Shown here one piece after another: positions 23,402 to 31,838 of a stretch of 64,000 bases of DNA (position 1 is the stretch's first letter; every line of letters begins with the position of its first letter). The notes under the pieces are model-generated. The model was not told the DNA's origin. It saw only the letters and a program-made list of their open reading frames with translations, and made no database searches. Made by a program: the position numbers and the translations under genes. This DNA is from a virus. Lineage: Duplodnaviria > Caudoviricetes. The stretch is from positions 41,546 to 105,545 of the IMG/VR virus record IMGVR_UViG_3300020577_003668, one strand, 5' to 3'.

Positions 23402-23677
23402 ATGAAAAAGTATGCAGTGGCGCTATACTCCAATTTTGACAGCGACGTTCAAATGGATATAGTATATGCCAAGTCTGAGCTAGAAGCAGGAAAGCAATTC
23501 CTACTATCCCAGGGAGATAATACTGTAGGTAACATGTTACATATTAAGACCTTTGAAGATCTAAAGAGGTTTGTGTTTGACCAGGACCATGCCATTGGCG
23601 TGCTAGCTGTAAACGAGACTGACTGGAAAAGATTCTCTAATGCAAATTCAGCAGAAATGCCAATTTCAATTCAATAA
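23402..23677 (+). CDS. Hypothetical protein
   Basis: Follows promoter 23346-23374. Confidence 0.75.
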   Translation: MKKYAVALYSNFDSDVQMDIVYAKSELEAGKQFLLSQGDNTVGNMLHIKTFEDLKRFVFDQDHAIGVLAVNETDWKRFSNANSAEMPISIQ

Positions 23678-23750
23678 TACGATGACCGAGCGGCTTAGGT
23701 ATCTGTCTGCAAAACAGAGCAGCCCGGTTCGATTCCGGGTCGTATTTCCA
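23676..23750 (+). tRNA. tRNA-Cys(GCA)
   Basis: aatacga/tcgtatt + TCCA; tctgt-CTGCAAA-acaga. Confidence 0.93.
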
Positions 23751-23829
23751 TGCTAGATCACACTCCTAAACCTACAGTTTATCTAGTGTGGTCTGTAGAT
23801 AAATACGGATTTGTATCCGTTGAAATTTT

Positions 23830-23904
23830 GCGTGTGTAGTTCAATGGTAGAATAGGACGTTGCCAACGTCTAGACGAGGGTTCGATTTCCCTCCACCCGC
23901 ACCA
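23830..23904 (+). tRNA. tRNA-Gly(GCC)
   Basis: gcgtgtg/cacccgc + ACCA; loop TT-GCC-AA; 8-nt T loop. Confidence 0.9.
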
Positions 23905-23999
23905 GATAGATGAGATTATAGGAAGTACAACTATAATCTGAGCCGAGGAAGTTAGTCGAAGGAGTGTTCGGCCCACAAAGGATTAGACTGATTCATCTA

Positions 24000-24070
24000 G
24001 AGTACGTTAGCTCAGTTGGCAGAGCGATAGCGACGGCATAGGTCAGGGGTTCGAATCCTCCTACGTACTC
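24000..24070 (+). pseudogene. tRNA-like RNA lacking a normal anticodon loop and CCA
   Basis: 8-bp stem gagtacgt/acgtactc; canonical D arm tagctcagttggcagagc and T loop ttcgaat; truncated anticodon arm. Confidence 0.7.
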
Positions 24071-24147
24071 ACTTTAGAAAATTTGAACTTGATTGTTCGG
24101 TTTTCAATCTGTATAATCTATTTATAGATTGAAAAAGGAACAAAGAA

Positions 24148-24471
24148 ATGAAGCATTATATTGTGCACATGCACGTTGGTTACGCAGGTATGGACGGCCA
24201 CGACATTTTGTCTATGCCGGACGATGCTACTATGGAAGAAGTTCAAGATGAAGCGCATCTGATGGCTTTGGAGCATGCAGAGTCTTACGGATACTATCCG
24301 CCTAGCGATGAGTATCCTGAAGAAGATGACGATGATTCTGATTGGAACTCTGATAAGATTTCTGACGGCATCGAAGGATGGGCTGAACCTTATGACCCTG
24401 TTAAGCACGACGGAAAGCGTGCTGGCGGTGGTTCTTTCATGGATGACATTGCTAAGAACGAGGCACGATAA
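24148..24471 (+). CDS. Acidic hypothetical protein
   Basis: Promoter 24089-24117, AAGGA RBS. Confidence 0.8.
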   Translation: MKHYIVHMHVGYAGMDGHDILSMPDDATMEEVQDEAHLMALEHAESYGYYPPSDEYPEEDDDDSDWNSDKISDGIEGWAEPYDPVKHDGKRAGGGSFMDDIAKNEAR

Positions 24472-24686
24472 TGGGTTGCGTAGCAAGTATTACTAAGGAT
24501 ACTTTCCCTAAGCAGGGAGAGTATCTCAATCAAAGAGCTAAGGTTTATTTCCATTACGATACCCAGACTGAATTTCTGGGTACTATCGTACGCGATGATA
24601 TGGAATCGCCCTGGCATACTATTATTAAGCTAGATGACGGCAGAGTTGTACTAACTACTGAGTGTCAATACTCTCCGGTTCCTTAG
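24471..24686 (+). CDS. Hypothetical phage protein
   Basis: MGCV..FPKQG..GTIVRDD..LDDGR..TECQY, a recurrent phage pattern. Confidence 0.8.
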   Translation: MGCVASITKDTFPKQGEYLNQRAKVYFHYDTQTEFLGTIVRDDMESPWHTIIKLDDGRVVLTTECQYSPVP

Positions 24687-24753
24687 CAAAGCAGGTCAAT
24701 GCAGCGGTTTCATACGCCGCCACGCAGTGGTTCGAATCCACTAGGAACTACCA
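24677..24753 (+). tRNA. tRNA-Met or Ile2 (CAU)
   Basis: ggttcct/aggaact + ACCA; gcggt-TTCATAC-gccgc. Confidence 0.9.
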
Positions 24754-24756
24754 ATA

Positions 24757-25098
24757 ATGGCAATAAAGTTCAGTAAGCTCAAAAATAAGCTCGGTCTTGA
24801 CGATACGCTACCATTCGGTAGGCATCAAGGATATACAGTAGAGGAAGTTCTAAAGGATAGACCAGAGTATATATCCTGGCTAATGCGGAATACTAGCCTT
24901 AAGTTCTACCCTAGTGTACATGATATGCTTAAAATAATGAAAGCCAAGCATGTACCACAATATACAAGTCTAAAACCAGTATATTTTTATGATGGTACTG
25001 CTCATGGTGAACAGGCTCATTATGAATTAACTATTAGAGACGAATCATATAACATATATTCGGACCAGGACGATTGGTTTGACGATGTTCCATTTTAA
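24757..25098 (+). CDS. Protein with PFGRHQG (ExoX C-terminal-like) motif
   Basis: LPFGRHQG..PEYISWL; SSB-like DDVPF tail. Confidence 0.7.
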   Translation: MAIKFSKLKNKLGLDDTLPFGRHQGYTVEEVLKDRPEYISWLMRNTSLKFYPSVHDMLKIMKAKHVPQYTSLKPVYFYDGTAHGEQAHYELTIRDESYNIYSDQDDWFDDVPF

Positions 25099-25114
25099 TT
25101 GAAAGAAATAAATA

Positions 25115-25411
25115 ATGTCTAACGACTCTTTTGCACAACTATTCGACAACGCACTAAACGCTAACCAAGTTAAGGTTGACCCTGCCTCTGCCCTTCTTAA
25201 CCATGTTAAGAATCGCGGCTTCATCGTAGGTTCCGTAGACGAACTTGGTAACGTATCTTTTGCATCTAAGCCAGTTGTACATCTAACCAAGGCTGACGCA
25301 GCTAAGGAAGCACAACGTCTAAGTGGCGTTAATCCTGGTAAGGCGTTTATCTATGTGCAGTTCGCTGGTGGATACCTAGTGCCACGTATTACTAACGCAT
25401 ACGTATTCTAA
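25115..25411 (+). CDS. Hypothetical protein
   Basis: Strongly biased codon usage. Confidence 0.8.
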   Translation: MSNDSFAQLFDNALNANQVKVDPASALLNHVKNRGFIVGSVDELGNVSFASKPVVHLTKADAAKEAQRLSGVNPGKAFIYVQFAGGYLVPRITNAYVF

Positions 25412-25421
25412 AAAAATTTTT

Positions 25422-25497
25422 GGGGGGTTGGTGTGAGAGGTTAGCCGCCATCCTTACAAGATGACTGATACTGGTTCGAGTCCAGTACCCCCTACCA
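25422..25497 (+). tRNA. tRNA-Val(UAC)
   Basis: ggggggt/accccct + ACCA; loop CT-TAC-AA. Confidence 0.9.
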
Positions 25498-25503
25498 AAA
25501 ATT

Positions 25504-25702
25504 CGTCAGTACGTCGTGACGTTAATCAATAGACGGCATCTAGCTAGGGGAGAATTGCCCTAGTAAAGTCCAAGGGAGCTCTGGGACCACGCGAGGATGG
25601 CTTTGACTCGCACTCTAGTAATGCATATAAGAGTATAATCTATTGCATTTGACAGCCGGAAAGTAAAAGGACGGCGGGGTCTGGGTGGAACCAGCAGACC
25701 AC
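25504..25702 (+). ncRNA. Putative structured ncRNA starting with an H-type pseudoknot
   Basis: cgtca/tgacg stem; loop cgtc pairs downstream gacg; further hairpins. Confidence 0.45.
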
Positions 25703-25705
25703 TTT

Positions 25706-25781
25706 CCTTACTTAGCTCATTAGGTAGAGCGGCATCTTGAAGCGTTGCGCGTGGGTGGTTCGAATCCATCAGTAAGGACCA
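25706..25781 (+). tRNA. tRNA-Phe(GAA)
   Basis: ccttact/agtaagg + ACCA; loop TT-GAA-GC. Confidence 0.88.
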
Positions 25782-25847
25782 TAAGTTTAGTAGTATTCTT
25801 TAATGCGCAAGTCGACATAAATTATACTAGAATACTACTAAACTTAT

Positions 25848-25923
25848 GGTGCTAAAGTGTTTATGGACGCACACTACACTGTCAATGTAGTAGAGTCGGG
25901 ATCGTTACCCGCTAGTACCGCCA
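25848..25923 (+). tRNA. tRNA-Asp(GUC)
   Basis: ggtgcta/tagtacc + GCCA; ctaca-CTGTCAA-tgtag. Confidence 0.92.
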
Positions 25924-25930
25924 GATAATT

Positions 25931-26018
25931 GGAGTCTTAACGCGTATGGACCGCGGCACGCTTGGAAAGCGTTGCGCTCGGGCAACCGGGCGGGGTTCGA
26001 TTCCTCAGATATCCGCCA
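25931..26018 (+). tRNA. tRNA-Ser(GGA)
   Basis: Bulged acceptor + GCCA; loop TT-GGA-AA; long variable arm. Confidence 0.85.
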
Positions 26019-26030
26019 AAAAGTAAAAAC

Positions 26031-26543
26031 ATGAGTTATAATATATTTTTAATTAGTGACTACCATTTTGGTCATGAAAAGCCCTATAATACATTTCTAA
26101 GAAAAGACGGGCGCTTTCTTAGATACGAGTTTGCAAATTCGGAAGAAGCAGACCAAGCTATGATTGATAGGCATAATAACGTAGTTAAAGATCAAGATAG
26201 AGTATATATTTTAGGGGATGTTTGCTTTCATAAAAAACATCTATATAAGATAGGTCAAATGAAGGGTCGCAAAGTACTAATTAAAGGAAATCATGATCTT
26301 CTAGAGACTAAAGACTATCTGGAATATTTTGATGATATACGGGGGATTCATCAATTTAAAGGACTTATTATGTCTCATATACCTATTCATCCCGATTGTC
26401 TAGGTAGATGGAATTTCAATGCGCATGGGCATACTCACAACAATAATATGTCAGATCCTAGATATTTCAACGTATCAGTAGAACAAATTAATTACACGCC
26501 GATTTCACTAGATGAAGTCAAGAAATTTAAACCAAAGGAATAA
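26031..26543 (+). CDS. Calcineurin-like metallophosphoesterase
   Basis: SDYHFGH, LGDV, GNHD, SHIP, HGHTH. Confidence 0.92.
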   Translation: MSYNIFLISDYHFGHEKPYNTFLRKDGRFLRYEFANSEEADQAMIDRHNNVVKDQDRVYILGDVCFHKKHLYKIGQMKGRKVLIKGNHDLLETKDYLEYFDDIRGIHQFKGLIMSHIPIHPDCLGRWNFNAHGHTHNNNMSDPRYFNVSVEQINYTPISLDEVKKFKPKE

Positions 26544-26547
26544 AAAA

Positions 26548-26889
26548 ATGTCTTGTTTTGATAAGAAGGCTTATAAGTATCTCAAGCAGGCTGCAAAGAG
26601 CGCTAAAGACGTTCACGTAATCAGCGATCCTTGCTATCTGGATGGTGCGGTAGGTGTTAGTATCGCGTATCGCCCCTCTATTGAAAATACTAACTGCCGA
26701 ATGCTGGACGTCGCTGTTTCTTATTGCTCACCGGAAGATAAGTACAAGCGCAAGCATGGGAAGTACCAAGCACTAAAACGCTTGGCAGCGGGTGAGGTTG
26801 TGAAGATGCCACATGCACAATTACTATTTAATGAAGGTCCTGAAGCAGTTAACGAAGTTCTAATTGCTGCTTTTACAGTTGATTATTAA
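26548..26889 (+). CDS. Hypothetical protein
   Basis: AAGGA RBS; YCSPEDKYKRKHGK. Confidence 0.75.
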   Translation: MSCFDKKAYKYLKQAAKSAKDVHVISDPCYLDGAVGVSIAYRPSIENTNCRMLDVAVSYCSPEDKYKRKHGKYQALKRLAAGEVVKMPHAQLLFNEGPEAVNEVLIAAFTVDY

Positions 26890-26892
26890 AGA

Positions 26893-26914
26893 ATACCCGC
26901 CTAGTGCGGGTATT
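26893..26914 (+). terminator. Probable terminator
   Basis: aatacccgc/gcgggtatt followed by a T-rich run. Confidence 0.55.
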
Positions 26915-27363
26915 TGTATTTGTGGAAAGACATAACGTGCAAGATATTACAACCATTGTAAAGGCACAGGAACAAATTGAAGGCCTGCGCCAAGCTTCAA
27001 AAATCCACGAGGCAGAGATATCCACTAATCTAAAGAAAATAGTGGAACTTCAGGACTTTATAGTTAAGAACTGCCCCCATTCTACTGTTAGTAGAAAGTC
27101 TAAGTACTCAAGTGGTGGATACGACTATAGATCCGAAACTACTAACTGGCAAGAGTGTACAATTTGCGGTCAACGATTCAATGAAAGAAAAACATATGGC
27201 GGCTTCCAATAATAGGTTTGCATTAGTGGATATTCTTGGTAAGACATTGACAGTATATGAAAAACGCAAGCCACTAGCAACCTATCACTTTGTCGATGGA
27301 AAGGTCCCTTCTGCCGAAGACATTGAATGGGCACGTACCGAAGAATATAAGGACAGAGCATAA
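26904..27363 (+). CDS. Two short hypothetical ORFs (about 26922-27212 and 27196-27363)
   Basis: ORF track; the first has CPH..CTICG. Confidence 0.6.
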
Positions 27364-27397
27364 AATTTGCTTGAATATAAAGGTAAAAAGTAATATA

Positions 27398-28057
27398 ATG
27401 AGTGAATGTTCAGTAAAATTAGTTGCCGTAACTAAGCCAGTAATTGAAGGACTAGAAACCGCAGAAGACTTTGTAGCTTATGCAGCTAGAGTATCTAATC
27501 CATCTAATCAGATGAATACAGAGACCTCTAGTAGGTTGCTAAAGTATCTGGTTAAAAACCAGCACTGGTCGCCGTTCGAAATGGCACATGCTGTCATGGA
27601 GATCAACACTACTAGAGATATTGCTAGACAGATTTTAAGGCATCGTAGTTTCTCCTTTCAGGAGTTTAGCCAGCGGTATGCTAATGCGGAAGATTTAGGC
27701 TTTCAACTAAGAGAAGCTAGACTGCAAGATACCAAAAATAGGCAGAATAGTCTAGAAGTAGAGGACGCTAATTTAGAAGCTGAGTGGGAGTACTTCCAGG
27801 AAGAGCTTCTAGAAGAGGTTAAAGAAATTTATCGCTGGGCCATTGATAATGGTATTGCTAAAGAACAAGCTCGCGCAGTACTACCTGAAGGCTTGACTAA
27901 TAGTCGTCTATATATGTCTGGTTCTCTACGCTCCTGGTTACATTATTGCGCAATTCGTACAGATAAAGCTACTCAGAAAGAACATCGTGAAGTGGCGGAT
28001 CAAGCTCTGCTAATTCTAAAGAAAGAATTCCCCTCAATCTCGGAATTAATCCTATGA
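27398..28057 (+). CDS. thyX: Flavin-dependent thymidylate synthase
   Basis: AARVS, HWSPFE, RHRSFSFQEFSQRY, EQARAVLP, TQKEHR. Confidence 0.97.
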   Translation: MSECSVKLVAVTKPVIEGLETAEDFVAYAARVSNPSNQMNTETSSRLLKYLVKNQHWSPFEMAHAVMEINTTRDIARQILRHRSFSFQEFSQRYANAEDLGFQLREARLQDTKNRQNSLEVEDANLEAEWEYFQEELLEEVKEIYRWAIDNGIAKEQARAVLPEGLTNSRLYMSGSLRSWLHYCAIRTDKATQKEHREVADQALLILKKEFPSISELIL

Positions 28058-28239
28058 TTATAAATAGTTCAGACTACAATCCTTTTCCTGCTATTAAAGA
28101 GCGCATTGTTGATAAAGCGTATTCACTAGCAGATATGGACTTTATCCGGCGGGAAATGTTTAAGGGTGGAATAGCCACTGAAACAGATGAAGAGTTTGAC
28201 CAAGTTCTCAACATGCTAGCAGAAATGGATATTATTTAA
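28054..28239 (+). CDS. Hypothetical protein
   Basis: ATGA overlap. Confidence 0.65.
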   Translation: MIINSSDYNPFPAIKERIVDKAYSLADMDFIRREMFKGGIATETDEEFDQVLNMLAEMDII

Positions 28240-28652
28240 TGGCACAAAAAACCAGTAAGTCTAATGAGGCTTACTTTGCACGTTACAAGCAGAGCAACCT
28301 ATATGCTGCTCACAGGAAAACTAAGCTAGAAAAGCTAATTAAGCTACAGCCTAACAACCTACAGCTACCCTTAGCATTGAAGAATGTAGCTAACTATAGG
28401 CGTAAAGCGTCTAATACTCCGGCTTGGAGTCATCAACAAATTGCGACGGCAAAACTATTCAAGTATTTCGTAGGCAAGTTCGATAAACTCATGTTTAGTC
28501 AGAAAGACGAGGACGCATTCGCGGCACGAAAGACTCGTAACGAAAACCTTTTCCCAGTCGAAAAGAAATCTTATACTAATAAGAAACGTATTAGTGAGTT
28601 CTCGCTAGCTGCTCGTGCGCATGATGGTAAGGGTAATCTAGTATGGAGTTGA
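28239..28652 (+). CDS. Basic hypothetical protein
   Basis: Coupled ORF. Confidence 0.75.
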   Translation: MAQKTSKSNEAYFARYKQSNLYAAHRKTKLEKLIKLQPNNLQLPLALKNVANYRRKASNTPAWSHQQIATAKLFKYFVGKFDKLMFSQKDEDAFAARKTRNENLFPVEKKSYTNKKRISEFSLAARAHDGKGNLVWS

Positions 28653-28912
28653 TCTACATTTATATTCTATTCGCTGTTACTACCGGTATCTGGTCAGCAT
28701 ATGAGTTATTTAGTCCTATTCTATCTGAACTTAGCGTAACTAATCCCGATGATATTTTAGTAAAGAATAAGTGGTTAACCATGGTCACAATGGCTGGATT
28801 AGCTGCATTATTTGCTCCTATCTTTATTGGCTTAGTAATGACACCAGGTATGTCCGAAGCTTTTAAGGATACACTGCTAAAGCAGGTATCTGAGCAACCC
28901 GAGAAAATTTGA
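28643..28912 (+). CDS. Two-TM membrane protein
   Basis: Two hydrophobic segments. Confidence 0.75.
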   Translation: MELIYIYILFAVTTGIWSAYELFSPILSELSVTNPDDILVKNKWLTMVTMAGLAALFAPIFIGLVMTPGMSEAFKDTLLKQVSEQPEKI

Positions 28913-28966
28913 TATTGACTTTGCGGTGCTAAACCGCTATAATATATACTCAATTCGGAAATCTAT

Positions 28967-29233
28967 ATGAAAACCATTACATTTAAGTACACGAAGAAAG
29001 ACGGATCTGTTTCGGAACGCACTTTACTCGCTATGGTAACTCCAGGCGACAAGTATGCTGGTATTGATGTTAGCGAACTTGACCCGTATATGGCAGGTAA
29101 GTTTATGGAAGCTGCAGAACAACTGCATGCTAAATATGTCGAATCACTTGCAATTCTACAAGAAGGGTTCGATCTTAAGCATAACTACCGTCAATTCCTA
29201 GCTTCAGGTGTTTCAGAATTGAGTGAAATTTAA
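28967..29233 (+). CDS. Hypothetical protein (WYL-like N-terminus)
   Basis: FKYTKKDGSVSER; promoter 28915-28943. Confidence 0.75.
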   Translation: MKTITFKYTKKDGSVSERTLLAMVTPGDKYAGIDVSELDPYMAGKFMEAAEQLHAKYVESLAILQEGFDLKHNYRQFLASGVSELSEI

Positions 29234-29234
29234 T

Positions 29235-29308
29235 AACTCGCAAGTGTTCCGGTAGCACAAGACACTCCAAACGTCTTTGACGGGGTTCGATTCCCTGGCG
29301 GGTTGCCA
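29235..29308 (+). tRNA. tRNA-Trp(CCA)
   Basis: aactcgc/gcgggtt + GCCA; loop CT-CCA-AA. Confidence 0.9.
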
Positions 29309-29321
29309 CCTAGGAGATTTT

Positions 29322-29423
29322 ATGGCCACAAAACCGAAGTTCCCACCAGTTAAGCCTGAAGATAAGCCTGAAGATAAGCCAGTAAAGCCGGTAAAAATGC
29401 CGCCTAAGAAACCTGGTTGTTAA
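29322..29423 (+). CDS. 33-aa Pro/Lys-rich peptide (not in ORF track)
   Basis: AGGAG RBS; MATKPKFPPVKPEDKPEDKPVKPVKMPPKKPGC. Confidence 0.6.
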   Translation: MATKPKFPPVKPEDKPEDKPVKPVKMPPKKPGC

Positions 29424-29484
29424 ATTTTAGCTTGATTTTCGAATCCTTAAGTGCTATAATATTTATAGTTAGAGGACTCGAAAA

Positions 29485-30097
29485 ATGGATTATGCCTTAG
29501 ATATTTGTAATAAGTTAAACCTAGATCCTAATTTTGTATTAAAGAAAAAGATACGTGGATTAAGCGGAATAACCATTTATAGTTTAATACATGCTTTAAT
29601 ACATAATAGTTCAATTGCCGAGGCATCTAAATTTTTAGGGTATAGTGATAACCCTATTAAACAAGCAATTAGAAATATATTAAAGCCAATCTTTTCTAAC
29701 AGAAAAGAAAGTTTCTGTGATGGAGGTTCCCCAGAGTGGCGAAATACTTTACTATATACTATAGGATATAAACATTGCCCTAGTTGCAGTGATATATTGA
29801 GTATTGACCAATATACTAATGATTCTAGTAGTGCTACCGGTAAAACCTATAGATGTAGATTTTGCCTATTACTTAAATCTAAGGAAGAAAAGCAGTATAT
29901 AATACAACGAACCCCTGCTTGGAGCGAGATTGATTTAATAGCAAAATTCTATAAAAATTGTCCGAAAGGGTATCATGTAGATCATGACTTACCCCCTAAG
30001 AGGGGAACTAGTATCAGGATTGCACGTATTATCTAATTTAAGATATTTACCTGCACTAGAGAATATTAGTAAGGGTAATAAATTTAATATAAGCTGA
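29485..30097 (+). pseudogene. HNH homing endonuclease, frameshifted in a C5 run near 29992-29996
   Basis: Paralog of 13706-14329; the alternate frame continues LRGELVSGLHVLSNLRYL..ENISKGNKF. Confidence 0.85.
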
Positions 30098-30175
30098 AGT
30101 CCCATAGCGGCGATTGGAACGGTTTTGTAAGCCGTTATAAAAACATCGTGAGTTCGAGTCTCACCTTCAGCACCA
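30093..30175 (+). tRNA. tRNA-Thr(UGU)
   Basis: gctgaag/cttcagc + ACCA; acggt-TTTGTAA-gccgt; enlarged variable loop. Confidence 0.9.
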
Positions 30176-30179
30176 CATA

Positions 30180-30434
30180 ATGTCAAAAAAATTCAGAGCT
30201 TACGATACTAAAATAATCGTAGATACATTCTCTCAAACAGCTCAAATTGAGCAAACTATCACAGGGATGCTGGGAGGTAAATCAAATATTGAAATAGTTG
30301 ATTTACCTGTGTCTACAATACCTACTACTATGTTGTATGCGATAGTAGTATGTTATAATGCTATGTTTAACATGCTAGAAGAAGCTCAGCTAATTCAAGA
30401 CGGGCATGTTAAACCCTCCGCGACCATTCATTAA
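30180..30434 (+). CDS. Hypothetical protein
   Basis: ORF immediately before the D3-like gene. Confidence 0.7.
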   Translation: MSKKFRAYDTKIIVDTFSQTAQIEQTITGMLGGKSNIEIVDLPVSTIPTTMLYAIVVCYNAMFNMLEEAQLIQDGHVKPSATIH

Positions 30435-30442
30435 GGAAACAA

Positions 30443-30814
30443 ATGTCAGACGACACAAACGAAAAACTAAAGCAAACCATTATTGATAAGTACCTAGCCG
30501 CGGAGCCTACTCCAGAGACTAGTACTGAAATTGTTAAAGAAATCGCAGAAGAACTAGATCAGTCACCTAATAAGGTGCGAATGCTACTTGTGAATGCACA
30601 AGTATATGTTAAGAAGGACGCTACCTCTACTTCCAAGGAAGGAACAGCTAAGAAGACAGTTGGAGAAGGTACCAAGCGCGTATCAAAGGAATCTCAGATT
30701 GCTGCTCTGAAGGCCGCTATTGTGGCGAAGGGTGCAACCGTAGATGATGATATTCTTGACAAGCTGACTGGTAAGGCTGCGGCATACTTTACTACTGTTC
30801 TAGGTAGTAAGTAA
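30443..30814 (+). CDS. T5 D3-like protein
   Basis: PTPETSTEIVKEIAEE..SPNKVRM..YVKK..LDKLTGKAA. Confidence 0.8.
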   Translation: MSDDTNEKLKQTIIDKYLAAEPTPETSTEIVKEIAEELDQSPNKVRMLLVNAQVYVKKDATSTSKEGTAKKTVGEGTKRVSKESQIAALKAAIVAKGATVDDDILDKLTGKAAAYFTTVLGSK

Positions 30815-30817
30815 TCA

Positions 30818-30842
30818 AAGGCTGCCTTAGTGCAGCCTTTTT
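30818..30842 (+). terminator. Rho-independent terminator
   Basis: aaggctgc/gcagcctt followed by a T tract. Confidence 0.8.
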
Positions 30843-30910
30843 GCTTTATAAAATTTGAATTTGCTTCGCTATAGCTAATATGCTATAATGATGCATTAAG
30901 GAGAAATTTT

Positions 30911-31519
30911 ATGGCAACTAAGCGCAGCAAATCCGCAGATAGTGAAAAACTAGACAGTGCACATATTGAGCATGTAATTAAGATGCTCAAACCAGCAGAT
31001 GGCAGTAAGCCTTGGACTAAGAAAGAATGTTGTGCCTATCTAGGTATGACATATAATACTACGCGTCTAGGTAACATTATTGAGAAGTACGAGGAAAATA
31101 AGGCTAAGGATGCCGCCCGTAGAGCTGAAAAGCGCGGAAAGCCAGCTACAGAAGCTGAGATTTCCTACATAGTAACAGGATACCTAGAGGGAGCAGCGAT
31201 TGATAGCATTTGTTCAGCGTTGTATCGGGGGCCTACTTTTGTACGTAGCATTCTGGATGGTCTTTCTGTTCCTATCCGTCAGTCTGCCCATAGTTATTTT
31301 CGCCCTGGTATTGTTCCCGACGAAGCTGTTAGGGATAGGTTCGCAGTAGGTGATCTAGTATATAGCATGAGATATGATTCTCTAGCTAAAGTACATAAAG
31401 AATTCTCGCCGGGCGTGTATCGGCTATATTTACTATCAGATAAGTGGTTACAGTATTGCTATCAACCAGCATATGAACTAGCTTCTCTAGAACATCTAAA
31501 GAAATACATTCATGTCTGA
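30911..31519 (+). CDS. T5-like conserved protein, putative DNA-binding
   Basis: TKKECC..LGMTYNTTRL; AGGAG RBS; promoter 30861-30889. Confidence 0.75.
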   Translation: MATKRSKSADSEKLDSAHIEHVIKMLKPADGSKPWTKKECCAYLGMTYNTTRLGNIIEKYEENKAKDAARRAEKRGKPATEAEISYIVTGYLEGAAIDSICSALYRGPTFVRSILDGLSVPIRQSAHSYFRPGIVPDEAVRDRFAVGDLVYSMRYDSLAKVHKEFSPGVYRLYLLSDKWLQYCYQPAYELASLEHLKKYIHV

Positions 31520-31838
31520 TGCACCGCTATACGAAAAAATTCTATCTGAAAACCCTGAAAAAGGTTCGCAACTACGACTTGTAGTAAGTCTATTTCGCGA
31601 TGTAGAATATTTGCATATCCGTAAATATTTTCTGTCATATGATGAAGGGTACGTACCGACTAAGGAAGGTATCTCCATGCCGGCCACTATTTCTAGTATT
31701 TATGCGTTATTGGACGGGCTAGTAGAAATTTGCTCATACGAAGAAAGCATTGACTCGGTAATTAAACACTTTGGCGAAAAGATAGAAGCACTAAAAAATG
31801 AACAAGCTAACAGAGTTCCTGAACCTAGCGGCTCGTAA
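31512..31838 (+). CDS. PC4-like ssDNA-binding protein
   Basis: FRDVEYLHIRKYF..PTKEGISMP. Confidence 0.8.
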   Translation: MSDAPLYEKILSENPEKGSQLRLVVSLFRDVEYLHIRKYFLSYDEGYVPTKEGISMPATISSIYALLDGLVEICSYEESIDSVIKHFGEKIEALKNEQANRVPEPSGS

